Made by a program: the position numbers and the translations under genes. 64,000 bases of DNA from Novakomyces olei (Eukaryota): assembly GCA_016906335.1 (NCBI GenBank), contig JADEYG010000001.1:1364001-1428000 (forward strand). The letters are read 5' to 3'. The notes under the pieces were generated by a model that ran no database searches, was not told the origin of the DNA, and saw only the letters and a program-made list of their open reading frames with translations. Below are positions 35,251 through 47,820 of this stretch, in pieces (position 1 is the stretch's first letter; each line of letters begins with the position of its first letter).

Positions 35251-37952
35251 CTATAGACCAATCCGGAATATCACCTCCTTACCCCGTCCCCTTTTCTTCT
35301 TTCCACTACTTTCGACTGGCTGAGCAGACGGAGGCGGTGAAGGGGAAGAAGAAGCAGGCTCATCCGTCCAAGCATTGTGTACAGGTCTCTTTACAAGTCC
35401 AGCACTAGCCCTCGGTGACGCTGTTGGTAGTGAAGGGAGCATTTCGTCGGTAAGATTGATCCGACTAGACGAGGCTGAAGACCTTTGCGATCCCCAAGCT
35501 GGCTCGTACTGTACTGATCTGACACTAGAAGGACCGAGACGGAGCGATGCCATTGCATTAGCCGCCCGAGCTGCGTCTCCCGTTCGGTTCCCGGCTACTC
35601 GTTCCACCCGGTTCCACACACTTGACGTTTGTGCTACGGGCCTAGCACGCTGTTTAGCGCGTAAAATTTCCGCTGTAGTAGGGTTCCTAGGCACATTGCT
35701 CGTAGAAGTAAAATTGTTTGTCTAGAAACTGTTAGATTCTTAATAAGAAAAAAGAGAAAAATAAAGAAAAAAAAGAATTAAAAAGATAGAAAAATTCTAG
35801 AATATTTCAAAACTATCATGATTGAATAGCAACAAAAGCAGGTCTCATAAAATCTGGAAAACCGATTTATAATAAAATAAATGTATAAACGAGATTTATA
35901 AAGCATACACTTGCACGGTAATCGTTCCACGACGTTAACAATTGAAGCTTCTTTGTTTCGTCATCCAAAACATCAGCCACCTGCCGCAATAGTATCCCAA
36001 ACTCCTGGTCGGAAACTTGAAACAGCGCAAAAGCAGAGTCCACAAAATCTTGGGCACTCATCCCTTGCGAACGGAACCGGGTAACCAGCTGTCTGAACGA
36101 GGCCAATTTCGTTTCATTGTTGTGTAAAAGCGTTCGAGCTTTAGTGATAACTGCCTGATGTTTTGCTACCATATCTCTGGGTAAACTTGCCATTTCGGCA
36201 CTGCTCACCAAAGCCGCTGGCAAAGAAGTAGAGCTAGCGTTGGCATTTGTGTTTGCATTTAAACTACTCGGCTCACCGAGCTGAGGTAAGTTAGGTAATT
36301 GATCTCTTTTCCGTGACGGAGCCGGTGTTGCGCGAGGAGCTGATTCCGTTAATCCAAACCCAAAATTAGAATTACGAGCCCTCGACAATAAATACTGCTC
36401 TTGTCTCCGTAGCGCCAATTCCTCACGCGTCATATGAGGCTCATCCACAGACACATGCTCTGTAGCTGAGCTACGAGAGGCACCAGGCCCTCCTCTGCCG
36501 TTCGCTCTTAGGGAGGATTGGAACTGAAAATGGTCTGTAACGTTACGTCTATTCCTAATATCTCGAGCTGAAAGACCACGTGGGTGCTCCTGTATTTGAT
36601 GCGCTTTCAAGTCTATCTCCGAGGGGAAAACAACAAACTTTTTTTCCAAGCACTCTGGTTCTAGACAAGCAAAATGATCATGACGGAAATGCCGCTCTAA
36701 TTGCTCATAATTCGCAAAGTATTGATGAGAGGGTCGGCCGGCTATCTGGTCACAGATATGGCAGTGCTCATGACGCTCACGGCAATGACGAAAAAGCTCA
36801 TCGTCATCGTAGAAGGATATTCGACAAAAGCCGCATTCAGGATGGCCTTTGAACCCGGTAAGTTCACGTTCACGGCCCACGTCTCCCTGCGTATAATGCT
36901 GCTTGAGTGATTTTGCATCATACAAAGCATGCTCATGCGCAAAAATCTTTTTGTGATGTACACACAAGTCACACAGTAACTTGTCATGCGCACTCTTTAC
37001 GTGCACCTTTAAATCCTCCCAGCCACGAGCGACAAACGTGCAGTCTGGCGAGGGGCAGTTATAGCGGAGAAGAAGTATGGTGTCGTTCATAATCTGCTCA
37101 GACTCGAAACGTATGCCCAATTTAGTGTCCGCCTTGTACATTGACCGATCCTTATAATCCTCATAGCGCCGATGCAAATCCAAAGTGAAAATAACCAAGT
37201 CTTGCCGAACTTTGCAATAAGCACATTCACGATTATTATAAAGTGCGCGTAAGCGGAGAGAACATACATGGCAAGTACCTATCGTTAGTTAAAAAATCAT
37301 TGATGGCCCTTTTTCATTTTTGTTTCTATTATTATTATTATTATTATTTTTTTTTTTCTTCCTTTTTCACTTTGCATTTCCTTTTTGCATTTCAATAACC
37401 TGTTTTCTGTTTCTCTTATATAATTCCACTTACGATGATTACACGGGGCAACTGAACTGTAAATAACTTTCTCTGCGCAGATAAAGCAATACTCGTCTTC
37501 GTCAACGTCTTGCGCCGTATTCGACTCTGTCTTTTCTGCCTGTGCTCGTTCCTCTATATTTGACTGTTTAGCTTTGTAGCCGGAAGAGACCTCTTCTTAC
37601 CCTGTGTATTCACTACTACTTGCTCCTGCCCGTCTTTCTTTTCATTTGCTGTTTTATCCTGGCTGCGCTCCTTTTTCGTTTCTCTTCGTGTCTGTGACTC
37701 TGCTGCTGCTCCTTTGCGTCTATTATTATTACTCAATCCTTGTTTTCGTGATGTACGGCCTTCCAAATCAATATGATTAAAAGTGGGGCCTTTGTTAAAC
37801 CGATCAGACTCGGCTGCCTCCCTCTCTCGCCGATCCAGTGGCGCCGTATCTGAATTTGCTTCCTTTTCTTTTTGCTTTCGTGGCCTCCGTTGCCTGTGTC
37901 CTCTACCAGCTCCGCCGCCGCCTCCTCCGCCGCCACCTGTGTCTGCTGGCAT
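35251..37952 (-). CDS. HEL2: Ribosome-collision E3 ligase Hel2/ZNF598
   Basis: Introns 37279-37433 and 35722-35908. RING (CFICA...PCNHRTCHVC.LRLRAL...CAYCK), C2H2 fingers, the GFKGHPECGFC motif and a KK..GK.V.F C-terminus. Confidence 0.9.
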
Positions 37953-38184
37953 TGATAGCGCAGCCCAGAACGCTCATACAACGGCCGCCTGGCCTGACGT
38001 ACAAATTACAGCAATACCTTGCGCTCTGTTGGTAACCGTGAAATTTAATAGGCAGCAATAAATTAATGGCAATAATGTAAATTTCTCCATATAAGGCAAA
38101 TTCTCAGTATTGTTCCGCCGTGTAATACAAAAAAGAGCATTGGATAAGATAGAGCGATAAAAAGGAATTAATTCTATAATAAAA

Positions 38185-38357
<173 letters not shown>

Positions 38358-38652
38358 CCATTACTATTATACTACGCAATAAGTGTACGTCTTATCCTTT
38401 TATCGACATCAACAAACGGCGGATCGGCTTGCGAGCCAAAGCTCTCGTAGAAACGCAAACAAAAGAGTGCAGTTCATTTCTCTGCGCCTCTGGTCTGTTT
38501 GGGTACGAGTGTCTTACTTTCCACTTGTCAATAACAACATTGGGAGCAGACTGGACGGATTACTGCCGTGCAAGAGCCAGATTGGTCGGTGTGCTTGCTC
38601 CTCGCAATTGCCGTGTCCCTAGTTGCGCAGAATTGGAAGCAATTGAGCTGGT

Positions 38653-41600
38653 ATGTCCAGCAACTATGGCGGTGGCTATGGTGCGGGCGGCGGTGGCGGC
38701 GGCGGCAGCGGGTATTACAATGGAGGCTTTGCGAATAATGCTTATGGGCAATATGGCGCTCCACCAGTTCAGCCGCTCAATAGCGGTAGCAATTTCGCAA
38801 ATTCACCTCAGCCGAGCGGCTACGGTGGCAGTTTTGGCGGAGCTCCAGCAGGCTCCTTTGTAAATTACCAGGCAACTGGAGTTCAAGCGCCACAGGCGGC
38901 TCTGCAACAGCAGCGGACAGGCGGGTTTTTGTCTCAGCAGCCGACTGGGTTCCAGCCAATGGGGTTCCAGCAGAATAGCTATCAGCAGAATAGCTATCAG
39001 CCCAACAGCTATCAGCCGACTGGACTTGGCCAGCAGCCCTCTATGCCTGTGTCGTATCAGCAGACCGGGTTCCCTCAGCAAACAGGGTTCCAGCAGCCAT
39101 CAAACTACTCTCAGCAGTCTTTGCTGCCACAGCAAACTGGGTTCCCGCAGCAACAGCAGCCTACTGGGTTCCCTCAGCAAGGCCTGCAAGCGCAGAAAAC
39201 TGGGGGTTACACTCCTATCGGCGTTCAGGCTACCGGGTTCGCCTCTCAGCCTCAGCAGCAGTTCTCCCAGCCGTTTGGACAGGAAGCACATGCTCCTACT
39301 AATTACAATATGGGCCCAGCAAATACTGCCGTTACTGGGGCAAGTGCTTACCCTTTACAGGCCCAGGCGACTGGGTCGTTTGCCCAGTTTCAGCAGCCAC
39401 AGGCCTCGAATTTCACGGGGACTGCTGCTCCTCTTAAACCTCGAAAGACGGGATCAAAAGTGGCTATTCCGCCGGTACGTCTTACCTTTATTTCTGCGCA
39501 AGATCAGCGAAAGTTTGAGGATTTGTTCAAGTCTGCAGTCGGGAACGAAGCAGCCATGAACGGCCAAACTGCTCGACAGATCCTCATTCGCTCTGGTCTG
39601 CCTCCTCCAGAGCTGTCCAAGATATGGAACTTGTCCGACACAAATCACACCGGCCATCTGCTGTTCCCGGAATTCGTGCTGGCCATGTACCTGTGCCACC
39701 AGCGAATCAAGGGCAATGCTACGCCCGATGCTTTGCCAGCAGATATCGCTAGCGAGGTCACGTCTCTGGTAGACAGAATTGCTTTCTCTGTCAGGGAAGA
39801 TCAACAGCAGCACCCAGAAGTGAAGCCTTCACAGCTTCTGACTGCACAAATGACGGGTGCCCGGTTCGGTGGAGCGCCTTCGGATTTTACCTCGTTGCAA
39901 CCGCAAAAGACAGGTGCTTATCAATTTCCAATGCCCACTGGTTTGCCAATGATGCAGCCGCAACAAACACAGGCTGCCTTTTATCCACAATCGACGGCTG
40001 CTCAACAGCCTCTACTGCAACAGCAGCGCACAGGCAATTTTAATCAGCCGTTTAATCAGCCGTTTAATCAGCCTCAACAAACTGGTTTTGCCCAGCCAAA
40101 TCAGTTTGGTCAGCAAAGTCAGTTTGGTCAGCAAAGTCAGCCACAGGCAGCTCCGTACACGTCTCCAATGGCGACGGGACTACAGCCCCAGAAGACTGGA
40201 GGCTTTCAGCCTAAAAGTCAGTTTGGTGCCCAGTTTTCAGGGATGGCAGCGGGCAACCAGCCGCAGCCAATCCAGTCTCAGCCAACGGCACCGCTAGTGG
40301 CTCAGCCAACGGGCAAGCCCGGCCAATGGGGTTTTGTTAATACGCCGGCCAGTGGACTGCCGGGCATGGAGAACCTTTCACAGCAGCTGATGCCTAACAA
40401 TGGAGGCAGAGCTCTTGGGCCCGGAGTACAGCCCTCCGCCTTTTCCATGCCCAACAGCGGGTCACAGCCCTATATTCCCTGGGCAATTTCGAAGGATGAA
40501 AAACGGATATACGATGGTATCTTTGATGCCTGGGACAAGCAGAAAGAGGGCTTCATTTCCGGTCCAGTGGGCATTGAAATCTTTTCTCAGAGCGGTCTGT
40601 CCCGTAACGACTTGGAGCTTATCTGGGCACTTTCTGACCCAGGAAATAAGGGCAAACTGGACCGTGACGAGTTTGCAGTGGCACTGCACTTGCTCTACAG
40701 AAAGCTGAACGGGTACGACGTTCCACCACAACTGCCTCCGGAACTCGTACCGCCCTCTGCCCGCAACTTTAGCGATTCATTGAGTGGCATAAAGAATCTG
40801 CTTCGGCACGATACTGCCGGTCGCAGTTCTCCATCGGGCGCAACGAGCTATATGAAATCCAGGTCGTTCCGTAACCAGCCGGCTCCAGCGGGCAATGTAA
40901 AAGACGCGACCTTGTACAAGTACAACGACGATGCTCCCGGCTACGTTTCCAGTTCTCGCCACTCTCTCTCCCGCTCAAAATCGCCTTCTGCTGGAGCCGG
41001 AGGCAACGGTGAGGCAGCAGGCACTCTTTCCACACAGCAAGAGATCACGAGGCTGAGGAAACTTGTGCGAGAAAAGCGCATTATACTGGACTCTATTGAT
41101 GCGAAAGACGCTGATTATGCAGCAGAGGATGCGGAGCTGGACAGACGAGACGTGCAGCTGTCGCAGGACCTGCAGAGACGTGTTTGGCAAGTGCAGCAGG
41201 AGATAGACAGGCTGCCTAATGCCTTTTTGCAGGACGCTGATGACAGTGCAGAGTCGAGGCTGTTGCACCGTGACTTGGAAAAGTTGGCAGACCGGCTACC
41301 GGAAATTGCATCAAAAGTAAGGGAGACAGAGCGTCAAATTGCGGATAAAAAAATCGAGCTGTTCCGTGTGCTCGATGCCAAAGAGCACCCGGAATCTTCC
41401 TCGTCGATTATCGGCACTGGGCCCAATGGCCAAGTGACAGAGGCGGACAGGCGGAGGGCCAAGGCAACGGCAATGATGCAGGCACGTATGGCGGCTCTCA
41501 CTGGAGCACCTGCCCCTGACGCTGACAGCGATGGGGCAGCAGCGGCACAGAGGCTGAGTATAGCAAAGGCTAAAATCGAAGACGAGCATCGGCAGAGCGA

Positions 41601-43467
41601 TTCTCTTGTCCGTGGCGTTGAGGAGAGTATCGAGGGCATGCAGCAGGATTTAGAGGCGTCTATTAGACAGCTTCAAGCGGAGGGCAGTACGGTGGGCGGC
41701 AAGGGTTACGGCGAGCATGAAAGGCGTCGTTGGGTGGACGGGTACGGCGTTGAGCCTGAAGTACGGGATTTTATACGCAAACTCGAGTCGTCGAGGCGCG
41801 AGGGGGGAGCGGTAAGTGGACGTGTTGCTGGTGGAAGGGCTTCGACTCCAGCAGCAGCAGGTTTTGGTACTACTACTGCTACTTCTGCTGCTGCTTCTGC
41901 TTCTGCTGCTGCTTCTGCTTCTGCTGCTACTAATACTACTTCCTCTCCTGCTGCAGTTCCATCCTCCAGCTCGGCTGCAGGAATGAGTGCCTCTGAACGG
42001 GCCGCTTTTTACAAGGCAGAAGCTCAGAAGCGCATGAATGAAAGGCTGGCTGCATTGGGCATCAAACCCGCTGGCCAAGCAAGCAAGGAAGAAAAGGAGA
42101 AGCGTGAGCAAGCTGAGCGGGAAAAGATTGCTAGAGCAGAGGAGGAAGAGCGTAAACGGTTAGAGGCAAGAAAGAAGCGGCAAGAGTCTGATCGTGGAGG
42201 TCATGAACTATTGATGGAGCCAACTGCTGAGCGAAAAGGCTCCGGCCGTACTGATCAAGCGCACGATGTAAAGGTGCAGGATACTCCTGCCGAGCCACCG
42301 TTGCCGCAGGTTCCGCAGGTTCAGGCAGGTATTGTTGACGATCAGGCTGGAGCTTTGACTGTTGGAACTGCAGTGCCATCTGCTCCAGCTGAACCTGATC
42401 AAAAGCCTGTCGAGTCTAATCATCACCAAGAAGACGCAAGCTCTGACAGTAGCAGCGACATCGAGTTCACTCCTGGCCCTGCTCCGGCTCCCGCTGCGGA
42501 TTCCAAATGGCCAGAGATCTCTAAATCTCATGATCTGGACAAATCTAACCCTTTTTACCGGCAGCAGCAGCCCAAGAATGCTTCAATTACCAATTTAGAG
42601 CAAAGCACTAGCCAGCAACCGTCAGCGCCGAAGCCTAAAGAAGAGTCGAAAAATCCGTTCTTTAAAATGGCCTCTTCTGCAAATCAGCCATCTGCTAATT
42701 CTCTGCCTGCTCCTTCAGGTCCTTCAGGTGGCTCTGATTCTGCAAGCCTGAACAAGCCAGCTCCAGCTCCAGCTCCGGTTCCAGTTTCTTCAGTTCCTCC
42801 TTCAGTTTCTGCTCCTTCAGTTCCTCCTTCAGTTCCTGCTCCTTCCTCAGTTCCTGCTCCTTCCTCAGTTCCTGCTCCTTCCTCAGTTCCTCAAACTGCT
42901 GCTCCAGCTCCGTCCCAGCCAGCCAGGTCTATCCCTCGCGCAGCGAGCCCAGAAGAAGACTGGGACAAGGACGATTCAAGTTCTGATGCTAGTGACGAAG
43001 AGGACGTAGGCCGGCCAGCAGGCAAAAACCCGGCAGACCTTGCTCGAATGCTCTTTGGCAGTATGGGACCAATGCGGCCCCAGGTCACTGGAGACCCTTC
43101 TAGATCGGAGACGAGTACACCAGCAAAAGTTCCTTCATCGGCTTTGTCTCCTCCGCCTGTCCCAGAATCTGCTCCAGGACTACCTCCTCCAGTCCCGAAC
43201 ACTAGCGCTCCTCCTCCGCCTCCTATACCCAGTGTTGGTGCTCCTCCTCCGCCTCCTATTCCCAGTTTTGGAGCCCCTCCTCCTCCGCCTGCTCCTGCTC
43301 CAGGATTGCCCGGGATGCCTCCTCCGCCTCCGCCTCCGGGTGCGGCTGAGTCAGCACCGGGGGTACCGGCAATAACGGGTGACAGGGCAGCTTTATTAAG
43401 TTCAATTCGGCAAGGAACGAGTCTGAGAAAGGCACAAACGAACGATAGAAGTGCCCCTAAAGTTTGA
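38653..43467 (+). CDS. PAN1: Endocytic scaffold Pan1
   Basis: QxTG repeats, two EH domains (LSKIWNLSD...EFVLAMYL and LIWALSD...EFAVALHL), coiled coil, NPF motifs, acidic EEDWD, polyproline and a C-terminal WH2. Confidence 0.93.
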   Translation: MSSNYGGGYGAGGGGGGGSGYYNGGFANNAYGQYGAPPVQPLNSGSNFANSPQPSGYGGSFGGAPAGSFVNYQATGVQAPQAALQQQRTGGFLSQQPTGFQPMGFQQNSYQQNSYQPNSYQPTGLGQQPSMPVSYQQTGFPQQTGFQQPSNYSQQSLLPQQTGFPQQQQPTGFPQQGLQAQKTGGYTPIGVQATGFASQPQQQFSQPFGQEAHAPTNYNMGPANTAVTGASAYPLQAQATGSFAQFQQPQASNFTGTAAPLKPRKTGSKVAIPPVRLTFISAQDQRKFEDLFKSAVGNEAAMNGQTARQILIRSGLPPPELSKIWNLSDTNHTGHLLFPEFVLAMYLCHQRIKGNATPDALPADIASEVTSLVDRIAFSVREDQQQHPEVKPSQLLTAQMTGARFGGAPSDFTSLQPQKTGAYQFPMPTGLPMMQPQQTQAAFYPQSTAAQQPLLQQQRTGNFNQPFNQPFNQPQQTGFAQPNQFGQQSQFGQQSQPQAAPYTSPMATGLQPQKTGGFQPKSQFGAQFSGMAAGNQPQPIQSQPTAPLVAQPTGKPGQWGFVNTPASGLPGMENLSQQLMPNNGGRALGPGVQPSAFSMPNSGSQPYIPWAISKDEKRIYDGIFDAWDKQKEGFISGPVGIEIFSQSGLSRNDLELIWALSDPGNKGKLDRDEFAVALHLLYRKLNGYDVPPQLPPELVPPSARNFSDSLSGIKNLLRHDTAGRSSPSGATSYMKSRSFRNQPAPAGNVKDATLYKYNDDAPGYVSSSRHSLSRSKSPSAGAGGNGEAAGTLSTQQEITRLRKLVREKRIILDSIDAKDADYAAEDAELDRRDVQLSQDLQRRVWQVQQEIDRLPNAFLQDADDSAESRLLHRDLEKLADRLPEIASKVRETERQIADKKIELFRVLDAKEHPESSSSIIGTGPNGQVTEADRRRAKATAMMQARMAALTGAPAPDADSDGAAAAQRLSIAKAKIEDEHRQSDSLVRGVEESIEGMQQDLEASIRQLQAEGSTVGGKGYGEHERRRWVDGYGVEPEVRDFIRKLESSRREGGAVSGRVAGGRASTPAAAGFGTTTATSAAASASAAASASAATNTTSSPAAVPSSSSAAGMSASERAAFYKAEAQKRMNERLAALGIKPAGQASKEEKEKREQAEREKIARAEEEERKRLEARKKRQESDRGGHELLMEPTAERKGSGRTDQAHDVKVQDTPAEPPLPQVPQVQAGIVDDQAGALTVGTAVPSAPAEPDQKPVESNHHQEDASSDSSSDIEFTPGPAPAPAADSKWPEISKSHDLDKSNPFYRQQQPKNASITNLEQSTSQQPSAPKPKEESKNPFFKMASSANQPSANSLPAPSGPSGGSDSASLNKPAPAPAPVPVSSVPPSVSAPSVPPSVPAPSSVPAPSSVPAPSSVPQTAAPAPSQPARSIPRAASPEEDWDKDDSSSDASDEEDVGRPAGKNPADLARMLFGSMGPMRPQVTGDPSRSETSTPAKVPSSALSPPPVPESAPGLPPPVPNTSAPPPPPIPSVGAPPPPPIPSFGAPPPPPAPAPGLPGMPPPPPPPGAAESAPGVPAITGDRAALLSSIRQGTSLRKAQTNDRSAPKV

Positions 43468-43906
43468 GGTGAAACGGATTGCGGGACACGGATTCAATAC
43501 TGACTATAAATTGATGAAAAAGGGCGATTGGATTGTCTACCTTACCAGCTAATCTCAGTTGCCTGTCTACATGGCAATTTCCGTATAGTATAGCATAATA
43601 ATAAATGCTTGATGAGTGCATTTTGCGTGTCCTTGGATCAGGTTGAATAGGTCCTTGCAAGCCAATGGCACCACAATACTAGTATAAGATTAATCTGTGG
43701 AGCTTAGACTATTCACGCTTAAACGCTGACAGGACTGAGCACTGGCTGGCCAGATCTGCGACTTTTGTATTTGCAGTATATATTAAATGTATCTATCAAT
43801 TACATTTTGCAATAAAAGACAAGACGTTGTGAAAAACGCAGAGTTTAAAAGAGACAAGCACAAGGTCAAGCACAAGGTCGTAGGGTATCTATCACAAGCA
43901 AGAGCA

Positions 43907-44385
43907 TTACGCGGGACCATCGCCGCCCGGAACAAGCTGCGCATATTAGTCTTTGTCTATTAGAGCTTATATTACCATGCAAATGCTGTTGCCATTGAGC
44001 AATATTTCCTTGTGGTTTGTGCGCTGGCCCGTTACGCCATCGTACTCGGTAACATCTTGCAACACCATGTCTGGATTGTTAGCAACGCGCAGGCAACAAG
44101 GACAGGCAGGCATGGCCATTTTAAATGTATGGAAATTGACTAGAAAAAAATTAAATATAGACGATGTAGCTTTAAAACAAGAGCCATTAAGATCAACTTA
44201 CTGACATAGTCGTCAAATCCTAGTAGGGTACCGGAAAATTCCTTTTCGCCCTTCATGATTACCCACAGACGTGACCCCATACACTTGTCCACCAGCTCTA
44301 GATCAATTAGCAAGCGTATAAATACGAGGAAAAAATCAAAAAAATTACCTAACGGCTGGATAGTCGGCGCTGCCTCAGCACTCAT
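43907..44385 (-). CDS. LSM5: Sm-like protein Lsm5
   Basis: Three introns. Spliced product ...[44 protein letters not shown]...ILLNGNSICMLVPGG. Confidence 0.95.
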
Positions 44386-44674
44386 TTCAGTTTAATTTGC
44401 AGTCAGAATCAGCGTCTCCGCCTTGGGCTTTACGTGCCGACCTCGTCTCTGTACGGCCTGTTGTGCTACTTTGAACGTTTGCAGAGTAGAGTAATGTATG
44501 GCAAATGGTAATATGCTGTGTTTATTATACGAAAAGTGGCTTCGCTTAATCCCAGCTGCTTTACCCCTTGTGATATACTGAATATTATGAATTTATTTTA
44601 TATTTTGTATCTTGTATCTTGTATATACACATAAACAATATTTTAATTCAAAACAGGACGAGGTAATGGATTAA

Positions 44675-45983
44675 ATGATGCGCACAACGCAATGTGCACG
44701 ATTACCTCGACTTTTACGGCTTTATAGTTCAATTCCCGCAAAGCGGGTAAATAATATTGTTTTTTCTGGGATTCAACCAACAGGGACTCCACATTTGGGA
44801 AACTATTTTGGAGCATTGAAGACATGGGTTCAACTGCAAAATGCCAAAGAGCCTGGCGATGAATTATTCTACAGCATTGTAGACCTTCACGCAATCACAG
44901 TACCACAATCTCCTTTGGCTTTGCGGAGCAATAAAATGGAAATGCTGGCAAGTCTCTTGTCAATTGGTTTGGATCCAGAGAAGTGTGCTTTATACTTTCA
45001 GTCTAGCGTGCACGAGCATGCTGCATTATGTTGGGTTTTGGATACTTTTGCGCCTGTAGGATACCTTGGCCGAATGACTCAATGGAAGGTATCTTTATCT
45101 CGGTGATTATTTTTTAATTAGACTCTAGGCAAAATCTGGTTTACAGTTTGAATCTGTATTAAATGATGTAGACGGACTCAAATTGGGCTTGTTTGCTTAT
45201 CCTGTGCTTCAAGCGGCCGACGTTCTCCTTTATAGGTGAGTTTCTTGCTATTATCCTGCTTTGTTATGTATATAAAGCAAGTATTTGAACAATTAGTGGT
45301 TTAAAGCTTCTCTGTTGTCAAGCTCAACTTCGATACTCTTTTCCTTGTTTTTCATTGGATTATTTCGATCAATTTTGTCTCTACTATTTCCGTGTCGCTA
45401 ACCTTACGGGAGAACGACTTTGGTACCTGTTGGCGAAGATCAAGTACAGCATTTGGAATTGACGCGGTATCTAGCTCGAGCGTTCAATAGACAATATGGC
45501 CAGTCAGTCTTCTCCGTGCCTGAAGTTCGCCTTACTCCGACACAGCGTGTAAAATCGCTAAGAGATCCGAGCAAGAAAATGTCCAAGTCAGATTCTGATG
45601 CCCTATCCAAAATACTTATCACGGACTCTGACTCAGAGATTAAAAGGAAGGTGGCAAAGGCAGTCACAGATTCAGAGCGCGGAATAACTTATGACCCGCG
45701 GCGCCCTGGACTTGCTAATCTGCTCGAGATCTTTGCGCAGTGCCTTCCTTTTCCTTCGCTTCCTGAGCAGATAGCTCGTGAGTTTGTGGACAAATCTTCT
45801 TCTGCTTTTAAAAGCGCGTTGGTGGACGCGCTTTCCACTCATTTACGCCCTATTCGAGAACGATACGAATCTTTAATGTCTGATCCTAAGCATTTACATC
45901 AAGTGGCAGAACAAGGAAGATTAAAGGCAAGTGCACGTGCAGCGGAGACCTTATCAAAAGTTTACAATGTTATGGGGTTATGA
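44675..45983 (+). CDS. MSW1: Mitochondrial tryptophanyl-tRNA synthetase
   Basis: Arg-rich presequence. Motifs FSGIQPTGTPHLGNY (HIGH), YPVLQAADVLLY, VPVGEDQ and KMSKS. Introns 45089-45128 and 45236-45412. Confidence 0.93.
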
Positions 45984-46235
45984 TATAGAATGGATGCGCT
46001 TTCAAACAAAGGGGCATAAATAAAGTAATTATTGAATTATTTAGGTCTTGATTTAGGGTAACTCTATTCAAATGATCTAGCCGTAGTCTAATAGTGTTCC
46101 ATGCATAGAAACGGGCCGTGCGTAGAAATAAATTTTTTTTTGTGACCATCAGGATGAGTCTACCGATCAATAAACTGCCGCTTTATTTGATTCTCCGGTG
46201 ACCTAATCTCCTTTTCGTTTATTGGTATTTTTATC

Positions 46236-46619
<384 letters not shown>

Positions 46620-46776
46620 AGTATCATTTTTATAATCGTTGATATCAGCGACTTCCCCACTATATCGTTCATATCATACTAAAACTGGTCACGCTCGCCA
46701 TCCCCATTACTTGTAAAACGAAACGGTGATCTTGTCGCCAATGACACATCCTCAGCAAAAAATAAAAATGAGGATT

Positions 46777-46786
46777 AGGGTAGGGT
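46777..46786 (+). promoter_or_regulatory. Homol E-like box AGGGTAGGGT in a ribosomal protein promoter
   Basis: Exact match to the S. pombe Homol E sequence, ~95 bp upstream of the RPS3 ATG. Confidence 0.6.
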
Positions 46787-46880
46787 AAATGCGCGGAATG
46801 ACAGAAACACAAACTTGTAAACGAACATGTATTGTATTGGTTGTGTGCATTGTTTCCATTAAACAAGTCATTCCGACACG

Positions 46881-47820
46881 ATGGTGACCCCCATTTCAAA
46901 GAAGAGAAAGGTATGTTGGAATCTCATGAAAAAGTTCGTCAGTAAGGCTGGTGGAGGGAGCGATTGTGATGAATGTCTTAACTTTCTGGTACCTCTTTTC
47001 TCATGGACGGCTATTCGTTGTCTAGATGGAGTGAACGTAGACTATACTGATCAACGCTTTTTCTTTCTGCGTTAAATGATATAATTATTCATGAATGGAT
47101 TTTATGGTCTTAGTGCTAATTGCATAGTTCGTGGCGGACGGCGTCTTTTTCGCTGAGCTCAACGAGTTCTTTGCTCGCGAATTGAGCGAGGAAGGTTACT
47201 CTGGCTGCGAGGTGCGCGTGACCTCGTCTCGCACTGAGATTATCATCCGGGCGACACACACACAAGAAGTTGTTGGCGAGTACGGCCGTCGTATCCGTGA
47301 GCTAACCTCGCTCATTCAAAAGCGCTTCAAGTTCCCTGAAAATACCGTTGAGCTATACGCTGAAAAGGTTCTTAATCGGGGTCTCAACGCCATTGCTCAA
47401 TGTGAATCTCTTCGCTACAAGCTACTGGCCGGTCTTGCCGTACGTCGCGCCGCTTATGGTGTTGTTCGTTTCATTATGGAGAGCGGGGCCAAGGGCTGTG
47501 AAGTTGTTGTCTCGGGTAAATTGCGTGCTGCTCGTGCGAAGTCTATGAAATTCACGGACGGCTTCATGATTCACTCTGGACAACCCGCCAAGGATTTTAT
47601 CGACAGTGCTACTCGTCACGTGCTTTTGCGCCAGGGTGTACTTGGATGCAAGGTTAAGATTATGCTCCCAGAGCCTAAGACACGTGAGAAGAAGCCGCTA
47701 CCTGACTCTGTATTCGTTCTCGAGCCCAAGGAGGAGGCTCCTATTGGTGAGCCATCGGTAGAGAACTTCTTTGCAGAGGCACCACCGCAACCTGCAGCGG
47801 AAAACTTTGCCGCTGCATAG
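46881..47820 (+). CDS. RPS3: 40S ribosomal protein uS3
   Basis: Exon 1 46881-46910 ([10 protein letters not shown]), intron 46911-47127, exon 2 [14 protein letters not shown]...[15 protein letters not shown]. Confidence 0.98.
46959..47058 (+). ncRNA. Intronic box C/D snoRNA, snR48/SNORD60-like
   Basis: Box C GTGATGA 46966-46972, box D CTGA 47047-47050, terminal stem AGCG(A)TTG/CAACGCT. Guide TTTCTGGTACCTCT 46983-46996 is complementary (one G:U) to conserved LSU rRNA AGAGGUGCCAGAAA. Confidence 0.8.
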
